Positions 32,381 to 39,386 of a stretch of 39,386 bases of DNA are shown here, piece after piece (the first letter of the stretch is position 1; every line of letters begins with the position of its first letter). The DNA comes from an uncultured bacterium (GTDB taxonomy: Bacteria; Bacillota; Clostridia; Oscillospirales; Oscillospiraceae), in assembly GCA_949295195.1 (NCBI GenBank), contig CASFKT010000001.1, positions 1 through 39,386 on the forward strand, written 5' to 3'. The notes beneath the pieces are model-generated. The model worked only from the letters and a program-made list of their open reading frames with translations, had not been told where the DNA came from and did not search any database. The translations under genes were made by a program, and so were the position numbers.

Positions 32381-32409
32381 TTGCAAAACGCCACACAAGA
32401 TAGTATAAT
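32381..32409 (+). promoter_or_regulatory. Sigma-A promoter of the TA operon
   Basis: TTGCAA-17 bp-TATAAT. Confidence 0.8.
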
Positions 32410-32433
32410 CATGACAGAAAGGCGGTGTTTCCT

Positions 32434-32730
32434 ATGGCGGGCAAAACGGCCAATGTAACGGCGCGGGTTCAACCGGAGATCAAGCAGAAAGCGGAGGCAA
32501 TTCTGGATCAGTTGGGTATTCCGGTGTCTGTGCTGATCGATTCCCTTTATCGACAAATTATCATGACGAACAATATCCCCTATTCCTTCCGGATCCCTAC
32601 GCTCCCGACGCGGGACGGACTGTCGGAGGAACAATTTGACCAGATGATGGAGAAGGGACTGAAACAGGCTAAGGTAGGCCAGGGGATGGATCTGGATGCC
32701 GCGTTTGCCCGTATCAGTAAGAGTATCTGA
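32434..32730 (+). CDS. RelB/DinJ-family antitoxin
   Basis: KTANVTARVQPEIKQKAEAILDQLGIPVS..IP; directly upstream of the toxin. Confidence 0.9.
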   Translation: MAGKTANVTARVQPEIKQKAEAILDQLGIPVSVLIDSLYRQIIMTNNIPYSFRIPTLPTRDGLSEEQFDQMMEKGLKQAKVGQGMDLDAAFARISKSI

Positions 32731-32732
32731 GG

Positions 32733-33068
32733 ATGGAGTATCAAGTCAAACTGACCGACTACGCAGTGGAACAGCTGCAGGAAATCGTCAGCTATATCTC
32801 TAATGTGCTGCAGTCTCCAGAGACTGCCCGCCGATGGCTGGAAAGAGTCAAGTTAGAGATCTCTTCCCTGCGCACGATGCCGAATCGTTACCCTCTGACG
32901 CCGGAAGAACCGTGGCGTTCCGAGGGAATCCATAAAATGCCGGTGGAAAACTTTCTGGTGTATTATTGCATCAATGAAAGTCAGAGAATCGTATGGGTCA
33001 CCGTTGTTGTCTATGGCCGACGGGACCAACTCCAAGCGCTTCGGAATATGCCGAAGGATCAAGGTTAA
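32733..33068 (+). CDS. RelE/ParE-family toxin
   Basis: YQVKLTDYAVEQLQEIVSYI, SLRTMPNRY, NFLVYY, VVYGRRD. Confidence 0.9.
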   Translation: MEYQVKLTDYAVEQLQEIVSYISNVLQSPETARRWLERVKLEISSLRTMPNRYPLTPEEPWRSEGIHKMPVENFLVYYCINESQRIVWVTVVVYGRRDQLQALRNMPKDQG

Positions 33069-33241
33069 CTGCGGCTGCGCTTATTCTTTGTTTACAGCCC
33101 CCCAATTCCTGAGCCGTGGACAGCGTAGAAATAACTTGTTCCATCCTTCCATCCGAGTTATAATACAGGCAGCCAGAAGCAAAAAAGCGCTCCCCCCTCC
33201 CTGTCGGTGAAAAACATCGGCAGGGGTTGGGGGCGCGTTTC

Positions 33242-33298
33242 TGACCACAGAACATACCACACACCGCTTCGGAACACATGGAAACCGGGTGGTCAAAG
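33242..33298 (+). repeat. Putative integrase arm-type sites (right)
   Basis: tgaccacagaacataccacacac plus inverted ggtggtcaaa. Confidence 0.65.
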
Positions 33299-33376
33299 AG
33301 GTCCGAAGATGAATTGGATTGGAGCAAAAAGGGTTAAAAACCACATAAAATGCCCGGAAAAAGTTTGAAATCGGCC

Positions 33377-33421
33377 TTCGGGTCCAAGAGGCCCCGGGTT
33401 CGAATCCCGGCACTCCGACCA
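33377..33421 (+). repeat. att direct repeat: 3' half of tRNA-Pro
   Basis: ttcgggtccaagaggccccgggttcgaatcccggcactccgacca, identical to 27643-27687. Confidence 0.95.
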
Positions 33422-33427
33422 ACTTTT

Positions 33428-33477
33428 AAAATCGGGAATCCCTTGGCGCTCAAGGGGTTTCCGGTTTCTCTTTTTTC
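33428..33477 (+). terminator. Terminator after the att repeat
   Basis: aaatcgggaatcccttg-gcgct-caaggggtttccggtttc plus T-run. Confidence 0.7.
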
Positions 33478-33540
33478 GCTATTCCTGTTTTTGTCCTTTG
33501 TTTGTCCTTTGCTGTCTCAAAAATGGGGCAGTTTTTTCTT

Positions 33541-34395
33541 TTATCCACTCCTTTTTCTGGTCTCCAGAAGGTTTGCGACAGCTTCCCCGGCTCTCGCCTG
33601 CGCTTCCGCAAAACTATGGGCATACAGATTCAATGTTGTGCTGGTCTGACTGTGGCCCAGCATGGCCGACACGGTACGCACATCTGCGCCGCCCTCAATC
33701 AATAGGGAGGCGTTTAGGTGTCGGAATGCGTGGATACCTAGAAACCGTTGGTCTGTTTCCTTACAAAATTTCTCTAACCAGCGATATGGGGCGCTTGGGT
33801 GAAGGGGTTTTCCCTCTCCAGTAGTAAATAGTCGTTCTCCCGCTCTCCATCGATCTCCCAATACAAGCCGCTCCTGGGATTGCTCCATTCGATACTTACG
33901 AAGAAGGGAAAACACGCTGTCTGGAAGTTTTAGTGTCCGCTGGCTCTGCTTGGTCTTGGTGGTGTCGGTGAAGATCCCCTTCTCTTTGGTGTATAGGGAG
34001 CTTCGTCGCACCGTTACAATGTGCCCATCAAAGTCAACGTCCGGCCACTCAAGTCCCAGCAGCTCACCCCGGCGCAATCCGCTGTACATCGCCAGCACAA
34101 AAAACGCTTGATAACGGAGCGGGGCTTGCTGCTCCAGCGTGTCCAGGAAGTGCTGGGCCTCCTCCAGAGTGTAGACCTCTTTCTCCTTCTGCTCGATGGG
34201 CGGCAATGTGACACGGCTGCATGGGTTGTCTCTTATCATCCCCATTTTAACCGCATAGCTCAAAACGGACGACACAAACGCCACATAGTTTCGGATGGTC
34301 TTGGCGGACAACTTACCCCCTGTGTTCTTGTTTAAGCCGTCTTGTCCTAAATCGTGGATCATACTTTGGATTTGTGTTGGGATCAGGCGGCCAGC
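33541..34395 (-). pseudogene. Tyrosine integrase, N-terminally truncated
   Basis: LSAKTIRNY, GLRRGELLGL, TKT, HAFRH, LGHS, LYAH. The frame closes about 18 codons upstream of ATG 34362 and no N-terminal arm-binding domain is present. Confidence 0.85.
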
Positions 34396-34514
34396 GGCTC
34401 TAAGAGTTACTTGCCTTCACTGCGTCTCTTGTGTCCTCTCTGGCTCTTACGTTGTCGTTCATATCGGTTCCCCGACCTTCGCTTGTCCCTGGGGTGTTCC
34501 CCCTTGCATGGTCT

Positions 34515-34620
34515 ATTATAGCATATATGATAATATATGCAAGACGGCACATTAAACAAATACTCATATATGCTTTTGTTTGTTTTGCATATATTATTAT
34601 ATATGCTTTCGTGGTACACT
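34515..34620. promoter_or_regulatory. Divergent promoters with twin palindromic operators
   Basis: gcatatat-gata-atatatgc (34521-34540) and gcatatat-tatt-atatatgc (34587-34606); minus TTGCAT-16-TATAAT; plus TG-g-TACACT. Confidence 0.7.
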
Positions 34621-34642
34621 ATACTTGAAGGGGGGTGTTGTA

Positions 34643-34834
34643 ATGGGTGGGAAAAATAGTCCAGAAAGCATTAACCGCTATATGGCTAAAGCATACGACA
34701 GAATAAATATAATTGTTCCGAAGGGACAGAAGGAAGTAATTAAATCTCATGCAGAAGCTAAGGGGCAAAGTATGAGCGCATACATCACCGCGGCCATAGC
34801 TGAAAAGATGGAGCGGGACGACGCTTCTAAATGA
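34643..34834 (+). CDS. Small ribbon-helix-helix (Arc-like) DNA-binding protein
   Basis: YDRINIIVPKGQKEVIKSHAEAKGQSMSAYITAAI; 63 aa. Confidence 0.75.
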   Translation: MGGKNSPESINRYMAKAYDRINIIVPKGQKEVIKSHAEAKGQSMSAYITAAIAEKMERDDASK

Positions 34835-34857
34835 GATTATTGTTGGGGGTGTTGTAA

Positions 34858-35187
34858 ATGGGTGTGTATGGCTCACCAGAACTCCATCCAAATCTAACCG
34901 ACGAAAACCCAAAACCAAAACAAAAGAAAATAACCGGCCCACTAAAGCGGTTTTCCTTTTGGGCCAGCATGGTTTTAATTTGCTCGTATGTGATTTACGC
35001 AGATAATAGCCCAGCGGCTCTCTTGTCTACACACATTTCTGTGTGTTGTCTAATCAGTTTAATGTGTCAGATTCCCGCACTCGCTATAAACTTCATACTG
35101 CATAACGACACGACACTAAACCTAAAGATCATTTCTATATCTGCCATTGTACTATTTGTTTCATTGGTTCTTTACGTGGTTGCATGA
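34858..35187 (+). CDS. Hypothetical membrane protein (about 3 TM)
   Basis: 109 aa, three hydrophobic stretches, G-rich RBS, AT-rich codons. Confidence 0.6.
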   Translation: MGVYGSPELHPNLTDENPKPKQKKITGPLKRFSFWASMVLICSYVIYADNSPAALLSTHISVCCLISLMCQIPALAINFILHNDTTLNLKIISISAIVLFVSLVLYVVA

Positions 35188-35194
35188 AGGAGGA

Positions 35195-35776
35195 ATGACC
35201 ATGCCAGTACCAGCACCAAAGGATCACTATACTTTCGCTGACTGCCTCACCTGGGGAGAGAATGAGCGTATCGAGATCATCAACGGGGAAGCGGTTATGA
35301 TGTCGCCGCCTACACGCATTCATCAGGAGATCAGCGGTGAATTGTTCCGACAGCTTGCAAACTTCCTGGAGGGAAAAAAGTGCAAAGTATATCCCGCTCC
35401 CTTTGCCGTCCGCCTGTTCGAGAAGGACGGGGACACCCCGGAGGACGTGGATACGATGGTGGAGCCGGACATCTCGGTTGTGTGTGATTCCTCCAAATTG
35501 GACGACGCTGGATGTAAAGGCGCGCCAGACCTGGTGATGGAGATTCTATCCCCCTCCACCATGCGGCACGACAGATTCACAAAGTTCAACCTCTACCAGC
35601 GGGCCGGTGTCCGGGAATACTGGATCGTTGACCCGTCCTCCAAATCAGTACAGGTCTTTGTCCTGGAAGCTGGAAATTACAAGGCCCAGGACTTCGGAAC
35701 TGTAGGAGATATTATCAAGGTGAACGTCTTGGACGGCTGCTTCATTGAGCTGTCAAAGGTGTTCCCAAATGAATAA
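35195..35776 (+). CDS. Uma2-family PD-(D/E)xK endonuclease
   Basis: ERIEIINGE, PTRIHQ, VEPDISVVCD, GAPDLVMEILSPST, YQRAGVREYWIVDP; aaggagg RBS. Start 35195 or 35201. Confidence 0.92.
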   Translation: MTMPVPAPKDHYTFADCLTWGENERIEIINGEAVMMSPPTRIHQEISGELFRQLANFLEGKKCKVYPAPFAVRLFEKDGDTPEDVDTMVEPDISVVCDSSKLDDAGCKGAPDLVMEILSPSTMRHDRFTKFNLYQRAGVREYWIVDPSSKSVQVFVLEAGNYKAQDFGTVGDIIKVNVLDGCFIELSKVFPNE

Positions 35777-35888
35777 AAGGGGGTGAGCAATAACAGACTA
35801 ACTATTTAGGCGTGGTTTGGCATCGTATGACAAGGTATGTTTTTGCATGGAAGGGGGAAATTATTTTAAATTCTGGAGGTAAAGTATT

Positions 35889-36083
35889 ATGTTCGAGAGT
35901 ATCAACAGACAGTATGATGAAGTAGAGAATGGGCTTGCAGAGTTTGGTTTAACTCTGGAACCCGGAGAAGATGGAAATGGTTTCTTCGTCGGGGATGATA
36001 ACGGAGAAAAGTGGTATCCCGATTTGGGAGACGTTGCTAATCTTCTGACACATCTGATGGAAATACACGCAAGAGAGGACTAA
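35889..36083 (+). CDS. Small acidic hypothetical protein
   Basis: 64 aa, ggaggt RBS, followed by a terminator. Confidence 0.65.
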   Translation: MFESINRQYDEVENGLAEFGLTLEPGEDGNGFFVGDDNGEKWYPDLGDVANLLTHLMEIHARED

Positions 36084-36091
36084 CAACAGAA

Positions 36092-36123
36092 GGCCGGGGA
36101 CTAACCATCCCCGGCTCTTTTTA
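36092..36123 (+). terminator. Intrinsic terminator
   Basis: gccgggga-ctaacca-tccccggc-tctttttt. Confidence 0.85.
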
Positions 36124-36424
36124 TGCCTTTCTTTGCCCGTGTAGCTTGTGTTTTTCGCCGTGTATGGCTTTGGGAGTATACCTATATACCCACACGTTCA
36201 AGGTCTTGTACGGCCTGTTATTCCGCTTGTTTTTGGGTGTATCTTCGTTTCCTACATATAGTATTGAATATACGCCCTATGCTATATCTTGTGTTCACTC
36301 TACCGTCACACACCGGAGGGGGATAGTTGGAGGGGCTACCGCCCCCAGTAAGTCCCCCCAGTAGCCGCGCATTTCCAAAGGCTTTTTCCTGGAAAAATTT
36401 TCAAAAGAGTAAAAGCGTTTTTTC

Positions 36425-36666
36425 CGGTGCTTCCGTTCACGCCGTACTGCTTGCCGATGCGTCCGGCGGTGCCATCCTTGACTTCCCGCCTTGTAGCAGA
36501 GCGGACATTTTGTCCAGTCTGCTCTTTTGTATATTGATTTGCGCCTGTCCCCCCCTGCGCCATCTTCTCCGCCTCATACTGTTTTCCACGGAGATAGGAC
36601 TTCTGTTCTTCTGTCAGGTTGCGGCGGCCAAGCTGATTTTTGCAAATCCAGACAATAGTGGCGTAC
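36425..36666 (-). pseudogene. Internal fragment of a ParB-associated phage/MGE protein
   Basis: WICKNQLGRRNLTEEQKSYLRGKQYEAEK..GG..NQYT..TAGRIGKQYGV; no RBS or start, HTH cut off. Confidence 0.6.
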
Positions 36667-36700
36667 AAAAGAAGGACGGAGCCCTGGAGCCCCGCCCTTT
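36666..36700 (-). terminator. Terminator after the tape-measure fragment
   Basis: aagggcggggc-tccagg-gctccgtcctt-ctttt on the minus strand. Confidence 0.65.
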
Positions 36701-36704
36701 TGCT

Positions 36705-37090
36705 TTAGATGTATTGGAGTGTCTTGCCATACATACGATTCCGCCGGTTCTGCTGGGCAGTCCCATCACCGTCCACGTAGACCTCCACGTTGTTGTCCTG
36801 GATGGCCCGGACGATCTGGTTGACTCCGGCCATAATGGCATTGACCACAACGTCGGTGTCCTGCGCGTCCCGGAAGGTGTCGTACATCAGATTTTGTGGA
36901 GTGACGATCTCGGGGTTTCGCCGTGCGCCGGGGTACTCGCCCACCAGAGCCGCCGTCGGTTCGGTCAAAACGCCACCGCTTGCCAGTGCTGCCAGAGCTG
37001 GAACCACTGCAAGAGCTCCGCCTCCAGAGAGGGCGATTGCTCCAATAGTGATACCAGCAAGGCCCACACCGATTGCAGGAGCGGCCCAGC
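36705..37090 (-). pseudogene. C-terminal fragment of a phage tail tape-measure-like protein
   Basis: ALASGGVLTEPTAALVGEYPGARRNPEIVTP and VEVYVDG motifs typical of tape-measure C-termini. Confidence 0.6.
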
Positions 37091-37975
37091 TTTTGCCTGC
37101 CCCTGCGCGATCTCCTGCCCCATCTTCCGGGCCATCTCCACTCCGTCTGTGCCAGAGCCCTCCACGGTCACGCTTTCAGAGGTGGTGCGGTTCTCCTCCT
37201 TTTCAGCTTTAATCCGGTCGGCCTCCTCCTGGGTGTCTTGCTGGTCAGCACCATAGACATCCTCGGTGACCGTAATCATCGGCTGCACACTATTTGCCCA
37301 CCGGCCCCTGATCTCCTCCAGGTGCTTGTCCAGGTTGCGGGCGGCCTGCCAGGCCATTGTCGCCTGGGTGACAGTCGGGGCCCCCATCTGCTGTCCGCTG
37401 TATGTAACCACATCAGGTAGCAAATCCAGCACATCGCCGTCACCAACGGGGCCGTACAGCCGCAGTCCCCAGAAGTCCCGCTTGATTTGCTCCAGGTCCC
37501 GGCCAAAGTCGTCCACACTGGGTACTGACACCTTAAAATCGGACTTTTGCGCCAGCTTGTCCAGGCACCGAAGGCACACATAATTACCCCCAGCCCCCTC
37601 CACAAGGGCCTCCAGCTCCGTCCTGGACAGGGTGCGGTCGAAGTCCCGATATGCGGAAATCTGGGCCAAAAAGGCCGGATTTGCGGGTTCACTCACCCAA
37701 CAGGCCAACGTCTCCTTCATCAGGTCCACTTCTACACCCACATCTCTCCACATCTCATTAAACATATTGAGGAGCTGGGCGCGGTACTCCCTTTTAGCCT
37801 CCTGCTTCTGCTGCTCCATCGCCTCGGAGGTGTACAACCCTTTGTTGCGGTTGCAAGCCTCCCTGTACTTGGGCCATAAGGCCTCCGCACCGGCCACATA
37901 CCGCCGCCCTAAGTTGATGAGCTCCGCCAGGGACTTGTCCGCCTGCTTGTTGATGTTTATGTAAGACACTGCCAT
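37090..37975 (-). pseudogene. Hypothetical helical protein (about 295 aa), probably 3'-truncated
   Basis: Own aaaggag RBS (37992-37998) and ATG 37975 (MAVSYININKQ) inside the 725-aa chimeric ORF; runs into the tape-measure fragment. Confidence 0.55.
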
Positions 37976-37998
37976 TTTCAAAATAAAATCACTCCTTT

Positions 37999-39142
37999 GG
38001 TGCCTGGGGCGGATGAAAGAAATCTCCACGGCGGGGGTAAAGGAGAGCTGCTTCTCGTCCACCATCTTTTGCAGATCAGGGACAAGCTCGGTCAGGCGGA
38101 TATACCGCTGCACCTGCTTGTAATTCATGCTGTTGCGATCTCCAACGATCTGCGTGGAGCGTTTTCCTGCGTCCCGGTCATCCTCGCCGGGGCGGGCTCC
38201 TTGGTGCTTTATGGCCTCCACCTGCTGCTTCAGCGCAGCGGCCTTTTCCGTGGGTAAAATCTTCTCCCGGTGCCGCAGGTTGTCATCCGTCATGGCGAGG
38301 ATAGCCTCGTCATCAGTCATGTTGCGGACAATACAGGGCATATTGACAAACCCAGCCAATTCGCTGGCCCTCTGGCGGCGGTGTCCGGCGATGATCTCAT
38401 ATCCGCCACCCTCACGGGGCCGCACCAGCGCAGGCTGATTGACCCCGGCAGCCTTGACCGACTCTACCAGCCCCTGCATTTCCGCATCGTCCCGGACGCC
38501 AAAGGGGTGATTTTTGAACGGGTGCAGATCGGAAAGATTGAGATAGACAATCTCCTCTTTCACGCCACGGGTGGCATCCCGAGGGGCGGGCGACTGCTCG
38601 GTTGCAGCTGGGGTCTCTGTTTTGACGGGAGCGCCTTTCCCGGCAGGCGGTTTGCTTTGGGACATTTTGTCCCGAGGTTGCGGCTTGGCCTTGTCGGGGG
38701 CCGCCTTGTCAGCCCTGGCCGGGCCATCTTTCACTTTGTCCGTCTGCTTGCCCTTATCCGGGGCCGCAGCCTTTTCCGGGGGTTTGCCCTTCGTCGCCCC
38801 ATCCCGGGCAGCGGTAAAATCCACCACCTTTCCAGCGGGGGCAGGATCTCCTATGCTGGGGATCGTGGTCTGCTTCTCGTCCTTGCCCGGCTGCGGTGTA
38901 CCCTCCATAGACGGAGCAGGAGCGACCTTATCTTTGGGAGCCTCCTTATCCGCCGGAGCCGGTTGCTCCGCCGTAGGGGGCGTTGCCACTTTGGACGCAC
39001 CCTCTACCACGGAGGCATCCGCCTTGGCCGGAGCGGGCTGATCCTGCACCGAGGAATCGGCTTTGACAGGCTCCACCTTTCCCGGCTTGGGGGGCTCGTC
39101 TACCTTCCCGGCGTCGGGAATATTCTTTTTATCGTCAGCCAT
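37999..39142 (-). pseudogene. ParB/RepB/Spo0J protein with Pro/Ala/Lys-rich N-terminus, 3'-truncated
   Basis: LHPFKNHPF, GVNQPALVRP, YEIIAGHRR, DDNLRHRE, QVQRYIRLTEL; homology stops at RPRHQ; aaggagg RBS. Confidence 0.8.
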
Positions 39143-39386
39143 CTAAAAACCTCCTTCGTTGTGAAATAGAAAAAGCCAGCCCGATGGCTGACCTGTGGGG
39201 GAGTACCCCTCCTTTCTGGCTGAATATATGAAAACGCCACCCGTAGTCCCGATGGGCGACATAATCTCAATTGTAATTTTCGACATCATATTCTGCAAAA
39301 CAAAGACGGACTGGCCGTATCTGCTGAGTTTGGCAAAATAGAAGTTCCTTATGGCTGTGTCCGTATCCACTTCTGTCACAGCTCCG

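Larger units (their letters stand above)
27643..33421. mobile_element. Island 1: eroded tRNA-Pro-integrated element
   Basis: Identical 45-bp direct repeats 27643-27687 and 33377-33421, lower GC, integrase remnant, arm-type repeats at both ends. Confidence 0.9.
33422..39386. mobile_element. Island 2: eroded tandem element(s), distal end outside the window
   Basis: Tyrosine integrase pointing at the att repeat, its own post-tRNA terminator, phage and ICE gene fragments, lower GC. Confidence 0.8.

Noticed and set aside
33377-33421. A second tRNA gene
   Set aside because: Only the 3' half is present; upstream sequence cannot form the acceptor 5' strand or D arm, so it is an att repeat.
39143-39379. 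78-aa ORF upstream of parB
   Set aside because: No recognisable motif, overlaps the parB RBS and hairpin-rich leader, and is cut by the window edge.

Overview
GC-rich Firmicutes chromosome segment, with gene content and codon style typical of Oscillospiraceae-like Clostridia (inference). Positions 1-27600 are core genome: amino-acid permease, ftsK/spoIIIE, uppP, a divergent AraC/MFS pair, a Trp T-box-controlled ABC importer, divergent glutamine synthetases (type III and type I) with an ANTAR regulator, a C39-like peptidase lipoprotein, dapF, blaI plus an M56-M23 fusion with visible operators, an Lsa/CplR-type ABC-F gene with a uORF/terminator leader, DUF4349, sporulation hydrolases, thioesterase, YbaK and spoIVFA/spoIVFB-like genes. 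At 27601 a tRNA-Pro(CGG) gene carrying a 10-bp internal tandem duplication starts a lower-GC tandem island array. Island 1 (27643-33421) is bounded by a perfect 45-bp tRNA 3'-half direct repeat and reduced to fragments (integrase tail, frameshifted sigma factor, Walker-A-less type III Res, DUF4391 tail) plus an intact RelB/ParE-type toxin-antitoxin pair. Island 2 (33422 to window end) has a 5'-truncated integrase, an intact RHH-membrane protein-Uma2 nuclease cassette, and a chain of fused fragments (ParB-associated, tape-measure, hypothetical, ParB). All broken island genes are on the minus strand and all intact ones on the plus strand. All calls come from motif recognition by eye; no database searches were run.
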